The notes below the pieces were generated by a model that saw only the letters and a program-made list of their open reading frames with translations, ran no database searches and had not been told where the DNA came from. This document shows, piece by piece, positions 25,164-38,066 of a stretch of 64,000 bases of DNA. The stretch's first letter is position 1. Each line of letters opens with the position of its first letter. The position numbers were made by a program, and so were the translations under genes. Source of the stretch: Balanoglossus misakiensis (taxonomy: Eukaryota > Animalia > Hemichordata); assembly GCA_040954595.2 (NCBI GenBank), contig CM082579.2, positions 5,879,625 through 5,943,624 on the forward strand, in the 5' to 3' direction.

Positions 25164-28100
25164 CTGTAACCAATAAATAAAATGGGAAAATGGGATTATG
25201 TGTGTGGCAGACGAACAGACATGGTCGGGAAATCAAATCGAATTTTGTCTATGTTTGTATTAAAGAATCGAATTGTGTCGACGCTCAACTCACTCTTGGC
25301 GGCACGCTTGAAATATCGCCAGAAGCAGATTTTGCAGAATTATAGGACAGCATTAAGGGGATATAAGTCCATCGAGATTCTGTAATCACGTCGCACAAAA
25401 CACCATCAAATCGATAGATTCCAATTAACATTTATGACTCTTCAAATTATATCGATCTGTCGGTATGTCAAAAGCGTCTACCATAGTGCTAATCGTCGAG
25501 TCCTGCAATCTATTTTAATTTGGTGTTTTATTTCTCTTCTTTTGTATGTAAACACCATTCGTCAATTTTTATGGGTGTATCTTCGTCGCCCAAATTTAGG
25601 GCATCGCGCCTTTATTGTTCCTGACACTGCGAGTGCCTTTAAGTTGGGTCGTTCGGGGTTCGCTTGGCATGTTTCGTGAATAGGTGGCTTTGTGTCTGTG
25701 ATTTGTTTCTGGAACTATATGCAGCATCGTCTTAACACCGTGACTGTATGCTCATACAGAAAACGTGTATCCCCATCTGTCTGTCTCTCACTTCTCCTGA
25801 AACCGTTTTGCTGTGTGATTTGTCTGATCATGTGAGACGACTGACAAGACTAGTGCAGTTTGTCATCTATGGTAGATTTTGGGTGGCATGTAACACAGAT
25901 ACCACCTCCCTCTGTGACAAGCCACGGTCCTGGTCAAATTTCGAACCGGAGGATGTGGAAAAACTTACGGAGATAAATTTTGTTAACAATAACGAGAGGC
26001 TGACTTTGGCGTTAAAATGATCGCCAGAGATGTCATTCGACCAGTGCGAATTGGACTACTTTCGATCGCAGTAAGTTAAGGTTATTTCAAGAGAGGCTAA
26101 ACCGTCTTGCGAAAAAGGGGGGGGGGGTCTCCAGGTGCAAAAACAGTGACGTATTGCGTACAAATTGATGACGTCTTGCGGGATTTAACGGTTGACTGCG
26201 ACTCGAGGGTAGATTTGCTGATCTGCGAAGGCCACGCTATCTGTTCGTTATTTGCTGCAGTAATTGTGCCATAGTGCCTCCGATTGTTTTGTGTAAAAAT
26301 ACATGTACATCACGTTTTGCCCTTATTTTACAGTGTGTCCCAACGTTATGGATTTGAGTCGTGAGGTACCTGCAAAACATCAAAGAGAGCGCGTGTGTAA
26401 AATGAGAACTGGCGTCTACCATTCACGCATTTTCATCGACTGCTTATTTTTATCAAAGGTTAATGTATCGGAAAATGGAGCGCAATTAAATTAATAAACC
26501 CGCTAGGCCAGTGATTAGAAGGCGTGGATTCTTTTTGATACCCGCAGCGAGCTCACAACGAGAATTAGAAGTCATTGGTGCTCGCTTCATCATTTTTTTT
26601 TCGCCAACGCAGGAACGAAGAAAAAGTGACCGCTGGTATTTGTTTTCGCCCGATTTTCCACGACCTTTGCTGCAGTCATTTTTCCCCGTCGCTCGTAAAT
26701 GTCGACTCGAGAACTGCAATTAGCTTGCGCGATGTGCAAGGAAGCGTGCTGAGGATCATTTAGGTGAAAGTGGTAAGCCTCAATGATGATGGTGATGGCG
26801 GTGACGGGTCTGGCCGTGTGCCAACGTGTCTCCAAGCTCGTCGGATCTGTCTGTGTGGTTGTCTCGCGTGACATCCGAGCAAAGAGAGTTTTATAGAAGG
26901 TTTGACTCTCACAAAGGCCAGCAGTCGTGTTTCTTTTATGTGATGATTTGTATGATTTGATTATGAAGCTTATAACGCGCCAGTCTTGAGACTCTGAACG
27001 CCCACTCCATGCACACCCGTCGAAAACTTGAAGGCTGAGGCATGAAGCTTTGCTTTCTTTCTCTTACAGATGTAAATCTGTTGCACACACATTACCCCCT
27101 TTTCATTATTTTAGACCGCTGGTTGAATTTTCGGATTGGCAGGGTCGTACAAATTGTTGGGCGAACTTCGATCGTGCTCTTACATTTTATCTCGGCGCGT
27201 GCGTGTCATTCCCGGACCTGTACAAACCTCTAAGTTTACAGGTGCGGTGCCGAGTCGAGGCGAACAAAGCTTTATATGCGATTTTTACTGAGATGGCAAT
27301 ATGTTGGGGGAACGGTCAGGTGACTCTTCTCAGTCATGGAATGTTTGACGTTGTTTAAACTCTGACAATCGGTCTACAATTGATCCCTTAATGTATAGAA
27401 GACAAACATAAACATCTGTTATTTAATATTTATTTTTAAGCGACAAAGTGCACCGCCGACGATGTACTGTGAACCCGGGGGCCTCTCCCTTCCTTCCTCT
27501 CAAAAGTCGACAGAGAAGATCCGGCTCGAAAGATACCGAAGCAATCGCCAACGCATCGTGAAAGTTTTGGAGTTTTAGGTCGCCGATGATGGATTGCTGA
27601 AGTGTGGTGTTGTTGAGACCTCCCCAGGCTGTGTCTTGTCAAAGAGACAGTGGGGCCCATTTTGCCTCACCCCCTCCTTCTCATTCGGCTGGAATGTAAT
27701 GCCCTCCTTCGGGCAGCAATTTTCTGAGCTGTGATTTTTACGCTCAGAGAGCATATCATTTGACTTTGCATGCTCTATACCCACCGCGAATTTGCTGCAT
27801 TGATAAGTAGCGAGAAAAAGTGCGTCCGGATTAAATGAGACGCCGCGGTTCCGAAAAAAAAGATCCGCCGAGGGCCATTTCCCACCGTCGGCGCGGCTGG
27901 TTTGTGTTAAACCGATGCATGGCGTCGTGGAATCACGAGTACCGAATCTCGGCAAAGAACTATTGTCCCTCGAAATGGTTTGCAAATTTACAGATTGTTT
28001 TACACGGTTCTTGTTTGGTCGTGTTTTGTCTTGCCCGCTTCGGTTCGCCCTTTCTCTCATGTCTTCACGGTTCCTTGGACCAGTCTCTAACTCCCCGGGG

Positions 28101-30889
28101 CTAGTAATCCATTAATTTTACTGTCAATTCGGATTCGTCTCTAAGTAACCATTCAATGGCGCAAGTACTTTTCGGGGGGGGGGGGCTCCTGACACACAAG
28201 ATTATAGAATGACTTTATTCAGTAATTATCTCAAGCGAGACGCCAGAGTTTAGACGCATTTTCGGCATTCTTTGCAGTTTACAACAAACAGGTGGTCAGG
28301 TGAACGAGAACGGCTTTGGCTCCGACATGAAACTTTGCACAGACCGACCAGCCCCACCCCCCCCCCCTTACATGTCGGCATATGCACCTATGGCGCTGTT
28401 ATTTTCCATAACCACCCTCCTCTCCAACACACATACACCTTGTGATGTACATGTACCATTTATTTCAGTACACACTGAATATGGCATGTTGGCTGTTGTT
28501 ATAGTGCCCACCAAAGTCGACATGTAAATCAGCGCAAGATTTTAAACCCTAAGCACAATACAGCAGGACCTTGGAGCAACCTGCCGCTAAAGACAAAAAA
28601 ACACCCTCTTCTCGCTGATTTACATGCTGTAGCCGGCGTGATAAGACGTTTTCAAATATCGTCGGGTGGGTGATCGACATGGGCGCACAATGGCCCGCGT
28701 AATAATTACCTTGTCGGCGCTCGCTAATTAATTATCTCACTGCCTCGCATGTGAATGTTCACTTTTAAACGGCATTGTTTGGAGAAGTTGCGAATTCGGG
28801 GATTTACACACTTCATTTCGCCGCCCGGAGCCTAATTAACCGGGGCAAGAAGCTGTCAGTTGTTTCAACACGCGCGGTCGGTCACAAGCAGGCCACCAGC
28901 ACGCCACCGCTGTTGCCTGCATGAGAGGCGCTCACAACGGCCGCAAGACAACGATGGCATTCGCCGAAAACAGAACGGGGGGACATCCTGCTGGAAACAA
29001 AAGGTGCGCGCGAAATAATCCGATGAAGCGGCCCAGCGTCTCCTGAGAAATTTTACGTCATCCGCGACTTTCTCCGTTGCCAAGCGACCATAATTCCCAG
29101 AGTGCTCTCGCTATCACGGGAAGTCCCACCGTGGTTTCATTTCATCCGACACGGAAGCGATATTGCAATCGATCCAATTCCTTTAAAAAATCAGACAGGT
29201 TGCGAAGATAGCGAAATACGTGTATCTTCTCGACTAGACGAGTAAAAAGCTTCTCCGACCCCGGAAAAACCCGAGGTCAAAGGTACCAGATTACCTGAAA
29301 TATGCCGAGACTCTCATTCAAATTTAATGATTGAAATAAAGAATCCATGACGATTTCTGTCGCGATATGTAGAATTTTTTGCGCGGGGGGGGGGGGGGGG
29401 GGGCAAATTAAGTGAATACGCTCGATAAAGTCAATCACCAACCAACCGACAGACAGACAGACAAAAAAACCAAACATAACGATTGTCATAGGTCGAGGAA
29501 AATTTTAGACCTAAAAATAGAAAAGATACTGTCCCAGGGACGGTCATTTCCCCCGTACACAGAATTTAATGTATGGTGTTAACAGCGTTATGTAAGGACC
29601 CTCCCTCGTCTATTTTTTTAATAAAAAAAAACAGGAACACGAATGAAATACCTGTTATTCATGCACCCACGTCACGTCGCCGCGGCCGGGCTTGGAACGT
29701 TTGTCATGCGCATCTAATAATTATTTGAGTGATGGTTGCCACCCATAGGCGACCTGCAGCCATTCGTCCAGAAAATATGGCCGGCTCCATATATTTTTTC
29801 CCGTGCCAATCGCGAAGCCGCTTCAAAAAGCGGACAGCGTTTTCTGTCACGGTGGTGTTAATTCCCGCGCCGATTTTATGTTTACCGGCAACACATTTAG
29901 CTGACGGGTGAAAATCATGGTGCCGTTTCGCGTTGAGCAATGTTGTGGGTGGGCGTCCTTTTCTTAATCTACCTTGTGTTTTTTATTTAAGAAAACAGAC
30001 TTCATCGACAGAGAATAGATTTTAAATTATATTCTATATAAAAACTATTAGCGCTGAGATTGTTTTCAGAAACGAAAGTAAAGTGGCCCTGGCGTGACCT
30101 ATGCGCAACAACGTCTATTCAGCGAAGTCCAATAGGCTATCGTAGCATACCTGGGTGGGTACGCGTATAATACGCCATGTGGGGTCTCGCTGATATCGAC
30201 TCAGTATGTCAGGAAAAAAAATAGAATCAAGGTCTTATATTTTCGTGACCAGATATGTAGTAAATCGCTGACACGAGCGAGACATATCGTGTATGTTTCC
30301 CGTCGGGTAACACTGATCCCGCCGACGAGTGTTTTATTTTGTGTCGAATGCTGATCAGATGGTGGGCCTCTCAGTTTGATCGATAGGCCGAGGCGAAAGG
30401 TCGTTTTTTTATGACATTCAACAGGGGTTTGAATGGTGAATGTGTAGGGCCATATCGATCGGCAAGTCTCAACACGCCATCGTCGGCATAATGGGGGCCG
30501 CCTCGGCAGGACCTGCCTACCATACATGTGTCGCGTTCAACTTTTCAGCATAGGGACCCACTGTATATTTTTTTGTAAAACACGACCCACTCCGGATCAA
30601 ACAGGTGTCCGTCCAGACGCTCGCGGTCCGGGCCGCGGCTGTCGTCGCCCGCTGTTGGACGGGGACGGCCGGTTTACGCGCGGCCGGATTCGACACGGAA
30701 ATAATCAAGCGGTGAAGTCGTTCCGTAGATACACAAAATAGAGTGTGTTGTGTTTGCTCCTGTTGGCGTTTTTTGTCTTATTGTGTCCGTGTTTGGCCAG
30801 AGTTGAAGTATAGGCCAACACGTCATACGAAGCTGACGCTCTTTTCAGGTCAATCGCTTTTTTCGAAATAAAGTTTTTTTTTTACTCAC

Positions 30890-31232
30890 CAAATTTATCG
30901 GATCCCGAATTCGTCCCGGTGACAGTCCCGTTTCCGAGCAGCTGAAGGTGGTACCCGGTTCGACTATATAACATAAACAGTCGCGGGGCCTTCAATGAGT
31001 ATTTGGTGATATGCGGCCGATCGCCTTGATAGTCCGTATCGTTCCCTAAATCAAATTGGTCGGCAAGCCAGGCGGGGTAAAGACCATCCATGTCCTGCAC
31101 ACCGTCCATTTTGTCATCCTCCGTTTGGCTCTGCTCATGCCAAGGAACCGCCGCACAACAGTTCAGTAGCGTCGACCGGAGCGTGATCACTATAAGCGCG
31201 AAGTGGAGCGCTCGCTCGACAACAGTATGCAT
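30890..31232 (-). CDS. FGF ligand (FGF-B, FGF3-like), exon 1
   Basis: Signal-peptide-like N-terminus, then APRLFMLYSRTGYHLQLLGNGTVTGT. Donor G|gtgagt, phase 1. Confidence 0.92.
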
Positions 31233-34200
31233 GATCCAGCCGTCATTCTGAACAGAATGAGAATTTTGTCAGCGTCTGTCCATTTGGTGGCCGTGTGGCT
31301 CGCCAGCTAAAAGAAGGGTAACAAAAAAAATCCAAAACCGGCGAACTGCGAAAAACCGAGTTTAGATGACAGGTTGGTACAGGTACTTGTTTTGCCTTAC
31401 ATTGTCGACGGCTCCCCAAGCATGTAGAAAGAAATTGTGTGTAGTTGAAAAAAAACCCGCAGGAGTCCTAGCGCGCTGGCTGCTGCGTGAACTGAGAGTA
31501 CACGGCAGATCTGGCTTGTGAATAGCGGACAAAATTTTCGGAGTCTCCCGGCAGGTACTTTCCAACCTCACACACACAAAACGCGAAAACGTGCCACACC
31601 AGACAGGTCCGATATACGTGATAGTCCGGCGGTCGGGTTTGTGTCACTTAACAATGAACTTCGGATGACGCGGCGCAAAAGGTGAACGGTGAAGAATTTC
31701 TGCTGATGCAAGGTGTTAGTCGCACACACCGATGCCAGTGTACAAACTGATTATGCGAGGCATCAATACACCCGGGGAGTGTATGACGCCCTCTATGTAC
31801 GTAGAAGCCATGCAGCGATCAATATAATAGTGACAGTAGCGTTGGTGCTATCAAATTATTTTTCCACGCCTTTAAATATCGAGAATTTATGATCGATTAC
31901 AAACAATATTCCGACAAGAATTTAACAGTGTTCTTTCAGCCCATTCTTAACTCAATTTAAAGGGGAGGTGTTTTTTTTATTTGGAAAGCAACGGCAAAAT
32001 TTGGGGTAAAGAAAAATTCTGATAAGTACAGATATTCAAATTCTACACTTGGTAAAATCCTACGTTTGTGGCTAGTGACTTGTGCCAACTGCCTGGAATT
32101 GTCTTGTACATGTAATTGTCCGGCTCAGCTCGTGACCTGATGTAAAGCAATCTAATTCGGCTCTCCACTGACACCAGCTAACAGAGAAGCGTGGTGCGCT
32201 GGGTATAGATGGGCAACGTGTAATCATAAAACCTTGACTTCTTAATCACGTGCTGTGTCTATTTTACTGGGTCCCCCTCTTCAGCACCGCCAACTCGAGG
32301 TATCCATCCCCGGGGCGGGACTAACTTGACGAGAGGGTGGCAACACCGCAGAAAGGGACCAAGTGCCGCAGTGTCTCGTTGGCATTGTGTCGGCCATTGT
32401 GCGTGTATGCCGACTGGTTCTAAAAAACTCGGCTGGGTGCAACGAACTCGGCCCGGTAAATGAGCGATTGTTCGGCCCCCTTTCTTACAAACAGGGTCCC
32501 CCTTTTTGAGTGGAGCTGCACCGCTGCATGCCGGGATCGCCCGAGCCCGGACTACAATAAGCTGAAAGCCGGAGAGTTCGTTCGGCGACGTCATCTCAAC
32601 AATGGGCGCAGTCGAGTGAAAGAAAACTACACAATGTAATGCGACTACAATACTAGCCTAGGGTAATTTGAAAAGACGAAGATTAGGGCTCTACCACTGG
32701 TTACCGTACTCGCCAGACAAAATAGAAAAATAAACTAGGATCAGCAAGAGTAGTCAGAAGAGGCTGGTATAGTACTAGACTAGTAATTCGACGAGGAAAA
32801 GTTAAAAAAAAACACCTCAGCGTATGTCATTCACAAAAAACAAACGCATCTTCGAGAAAAGAAAACAATTATGGTGATTAGATCCCTTAAAACAAATGAT
32901 CACATCGTTCGCTATATATGGAAAAATGATATAAGAAATATATAATATCATTATTGCCTAAACGTGAATGAAATATACCAACGAACAATCCAATATGCAG
33001 CATAAAAAAAACTAACATACTGTGTACAATACAGATACTAGTATAAGCAATGTTATTGAATAGAAGTGAAGATGTGTTGCAATATGCAAACGACAAGACA
33101 CATTATAATATACGGGTTAGCGAAATTAACACCTTTCCACACAGAAGTGACTGCCTGTTCTACATAATATCCATGCGAGATCTTCTAAAAATTGGCAACT
33201 TCTTCCTATAACTTAACATTAATAAAATGTTTTCCTAACTATGAATTTTGATAGGGGTCCAAAAGATACGTACGCTTGTATGCTGGCTTGTCAGGGCGTC
33301 CGCGATCATTGACTTAGCGTACGCGTCATCATTGTGGGTGCGCGTTCAAGTGTCGCAGATCATAGCAGATTCAGAGAGTGAGACTTACACAGCCAAATGA
33401 TCCCGGTGATTGGACTTTATGCATCATTACAATTTGACATGAACCACTACAGTGACACTATGTTAAGATTATAGTTACGTTTCCAAGAATAGTTACGGGC
33501 ACATATCCCTAAGTTTAAAGCTGATTTAAATATGCAAATAAAAAGCAAGTTGACATGACACTCGCCGAGCAAGCTGGGCAATTATCCTTTCATCATCGAC
33601 TATTCCGCACCACAGCAGTGGGGACATTCGATGACATTTTCTGAATTGGCAGGTGTTGCCTAACAAATCATTCATTTCATTGAAGACCGTGCGAATAATT
33701 ATGACTGCGTCGTCATGGAAACAGACATAGTTAAGGATGAAGCATTGACTCTCTCGAGTTTTCGAGTATCTGCGGGTGAAAGACTCGCTACCGTAATTAA
33801 ATGTTACACGCGCCGTATCTCCCGAGAGAACACTCGTCCGATCGTTGTAATCAGTTCACCCCAAACACTCTCGACTGGACTGGCTGATACGGCCCGGCCT
33901 GAAGGTCGACCTGAAATCGCGTTACCCTTTGTTGCAGCGGCAGACAGAAGGAATTATAGTTGCCCTATCTCAAAGTGGCCAGGCATGTATTGGCCGGCAG
34001 AACAAACAAAGACACCAATCAAAAAGGCCCCGGTAACCTCGCTCGCTGCTCGGCGCAAACAATTCACCCCAAACACAGATTCAGAGAAATAATGCCAATT
34101 GTTATCCTTTGTTTGTTGACTAATTTGGTCTAAAAAAACTGGCGAGGCAAACCTACGAGTGTGCGGTGTTTGGTCTGCATTGATGTACCTTCCGCGGAAC

Positions 34201-36908
34201 TGGCTGAAAACTCAAACACCCAACATACCAGAAGAAGTCTACTCTCTTGAAGCGTGCAAAAAAAAATCAGAGAAAGGCGCAACCTTCGAACCGCCAAAAA
34301 AATTCACACTACATATATATGGTACTGATTTTGCGCGTCGGGTAAATTCTTACTGTACCTGGGGATGGTAGGGAAAAATCATGATTGACAACATACCGTA
34401 ATACACATGCACAAAAATGCATGGATGGAAACTTTCTTGTTTGTACTCAAATGAACAATTTCATCGCTCACAAACAAGTAAAATGAAGAAAAGTGTAGTT
34501 TTGCCTTGTGGTCGTAAAGGAACGTGAGCGCTTATTCGAGCTTGCCTCGTGCTGGCAGTTTGGATTGTCAAAACCCGTACTCCAGCTAGTCCGGCGTCGA
34601 ATGGTTAAAATCTCGACGAATTCACGGAAAACAAACGTCGTTGTTCCATCGCTCCACAAAGAAGTTAAACTCACGTCTCGTAGCTGATACCCAATCCAAC
34701 ACGTGTGCGGTGACTTCTCCTGAAGCGCCGTGTTTGGTTGGCCATGCAAATCAACGGCAAAAAACAATATTTTCTTAAGGAGAAGAAATTCCTTCTCCAG
34801 CAGTTGCTATCCCCTTTTTTGTATGTCATCACTTTTATTGACTCGGACAAACGATAGCCGTGGGCGATTTTAATAACACATTTCGTCGCTTGCCTGTTAA
34901 TAACACCTCTGCAAGCGGAGGGCAGAGAGAAAGAGAGAGAGAGCGACGGGCAGTGATTTCGCCTCCTCCCCCTTTTTTGTTGGTTGTTTGCTTTAAACGG
35001 TCTCTTTTCCCTTTGTGCGAGACCTCATCACACGAGTTGCACACCTTTCGCGGAGTTTACTCAATTATGCCCAGGCAATTACCAGATAGGCTGAACAAAC
35101 CCAGCCCCGCAAACAAATCCGGCGGTTCTCATTAAAGTACCGCTCCGGTGCGCGTTTGGAGTCGCGTCAGCCGACAGCCAACGACATAATAGAAGACAAT
35201 ACCCTCAGAAGGTCACGCACTCCCATGTCTAATTTAATTTCTAAACTAATTCACAGGTAAAACCGCCCAGACACTTCGTTTTTTTCTCTCTGCGCCGATT
35301 GCGTTTATCATCGATGTAGAGATAGGATTGCAACACTTCAGGGTGCCCACGGACCATTGTCATCGAAACTTAAGCCTCTCTCCCCTCATCACCCAAATCA
35401 AAGTTTCGCAGCGTCTACAACTCCATCCACAAGTCGCGACAAGACCTAGTCTCGCTTCCAGACCCAACCAGACAACATACGCATAGCTAGCGCCAAGAAG
35501 ACAACAGCGTGGCCTCGAAAAAGTATTTATATGTGCCATTATCTTTTTCACTATTAACATTTCTCTTTGGTCTATCTGTTGTTTTTTGGGAGCTATCGGA
35601 TGATACATAGGGGGTTTATGTAATTCGTCCTTCTAGGGAATTTAGCGTAAAAAATCAACAATAAATCTCTCCTACTTTACAAACAGCTCGGTTGTCGGAT
35701 TTTTGTTTTCTGCAAACGCGGCTGGGCGCGCGTTATTCGCACGCGTTGGCCCAATGTTGCGTCGACTGACGCGTTGTTCAGCGTATCTTCTTTTCCCCGC
35801 CCACTCACGGTATATCTGCCAGTGACACAAATCTCGACAAAATTCGCTACCTGGTCGTTCAGCGATTTAGGGGGGTGGGGATTAAATTGCTATCGCAATT
35901 GCAGTAATAACGAAATCTATTCGTATCAATGGTTGACCTTTTACCATCGATTGTCCGCGCCCGAGCCGACTGCGTTGTTGAGAGGGGTTTGGGTGAGAGA
36001 GAGAGAAGATTCTCCGCAGACGCGGCTTTTTATAGGATCAGTTTGATTCGGCCTGTAATGGCATGGGCAGGCAATTGTCGACTCCGGCAATTATCGTTTT
36101 CAATCGATACAGGAGCCGCGCGAGCTTCACCCCTAACAAGGGTTTGATTAAGGGGGCTCTGACAAGCCACGACAACAATACCCTCGATGTCGAGCTGCTT
36201 GTTCGCGTCGGGTGGTACGTGACTGGCTTTTATACCGACCCACCGCATTCAGAACATCGTTTGATCACATCAGCCCCGGATTGCCCTAAAGCTCGCGCAT
36301 CGCTGCAAATCACAGAACTCTGGGCATTGGATCTCCTGCACGGGTCGTCTGGATTTGTCGCATTCCTTAAAAATAATTGCTTTTTAAACGAAATCGCACC
36401 GCTAAACTTCTTTTCCTTATTGTTTATTAATGACGTGCCATAAATTATTCATTACCTGGCGGTGTTAGTTGGTTTACTGCCAGAAATAATCGTTTCTGTG
36501 TATCGATCTGCGTACTGCTACACCATCTATTTGCGATTTCTGACAGCGTATATTGTTAATGTTATGCTCTATATTGGTTTTATTTTAATGAGTCAAAGTT
36601 TAAGGGTCCTTTTCCGCGGCAATCTAAAGAAGTCCCTGTTTTATTGATCACTTGATTTAACTTTGCTCGGGTTACTTATATCCCGGACCTGATTGTACTA
36701 TTAAAATGCAGATAGCGTGGTCCTATTAGGGCGACTTAATAGATGCGATGGTTATCTTCAAAAGCAATACAGCAGTGTCGGAATACTCTGCAATGTCGAC
36801 CGGACCATTTTCTTAATTAATCACCGTGACTCAAATTTATGGAAGCGATGTGGTTCGGTGTCGTTTCGTGACCAGCTTTCAAGATTCTTGGGTGGTGGTA
36901 GTGATATT

Positions 36909-36935
36909 GATGATGAAGATGGTTATGGTGATGAC

Positions 36936-36966
<31 letters not shown>
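36909..36966. repeat. (GAT)n microsatellite, imperfect 5' part
   Basis: Directly visible. Confidence 0.9.
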
Positions 36967-38026
36967 GCGTGATTGCTGAGATTCAGTGTGTCCGCATCCC
37001 TAGGGTTTCCCTTTCTCGATGATGAATTCACTGTGTTTAGGTTCGCTGACGTGATTCAAATGTGGGCCACGATCACCAAGAGCGCTAAGTGCATCAAGAA
37101 TATATCTGGTTCATAGAATCCTCGGAGGAATGCCTTGAAAGTTCGGATCCTGGGAGAAAATGCAACGAATTGTAATTTTAATCAATACCAACATCCATTG
37201 CGGCTTCGTGAATTTTACAAACTGATGACCAAAAGTGTGCTGATAACAAGCGTAAACGCACCCCCACCCTCATTATTCAGCGAGCTTCACAACGACGACC
37301 ATGACCTGACCGTGACCCCAATTTTCTAGCGGCGGATTTAAATATCATTGAGGGTGACACCACTGCACCGTTATAGTTCAAATGCTTCCCTTGGCAGGTG
37401 CTGTCCGCCGCGCCGACAATGACGTCAGCCAGGGAATCCCTCATCCGGGCGCCGCCGCTGCCATGGCAACAAAACCAAGTGAGGCAATGTTTGTCGTGGG
37501 TCCAGTCCGTATAGGGTGGCCGAGCATTGGTCGGCGGGCGACATGGCGTGCTGTTCAATAAATTTTTAATCTTAAACTACAGACGGACAAAGCCCTGTTT
37601 ACTCTTGAAGGTACGAAGAATACAAGTCTTGTGAAGAGGAAGAAAAAAAAGTTCCATAGATATATGACAATCGATGTAAGGATCGCCAGGGTCTCCGAAG
37701 GTATGTGGACTGGCATGTCCGTTCAGCGGGCGTGGAGGGAAATAATACATTGTTTTTTTTTTGCACTGTGCATTGTGCAAGGCAAATAGCAGGCACAAAC
37801 AATAGCAGGCACCATTTCAACTTTAAACGATGCCGACACACTTGATATGAGGGGCAGAGATACGTTCGGTATGCCAGGTATGTTTTATGCGGGTTAAAAT
37901 AACTGCGACGTGATTGGCCACTGATCAACCCACGTCACGTGATTCGTTTTTTACAAAAAGGGGAATGAATTTAAAGTTGCATAGAAGTTCTAGTACATAA
38001 TTCAGTTTTTTAAGATCTGCGTCTAA

Positions 38027-38066
38027 TGGTATTGTATTCCATTGTATTGTATTGTATTGTATTGCA
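38027..38066. repeat. (ATTGT)n short microsatellite
   Basis: Directly visible. Confidence 0.8.

Noticed and set aside
34468-34767. C-type-lectin-like motif WIG-x11-WSDGT in a minus-strand ORF
   Set aside because: No other CTLD exons, cysteine pattern or WND motif nearby, and no fitting exon boundaries; probably chance.
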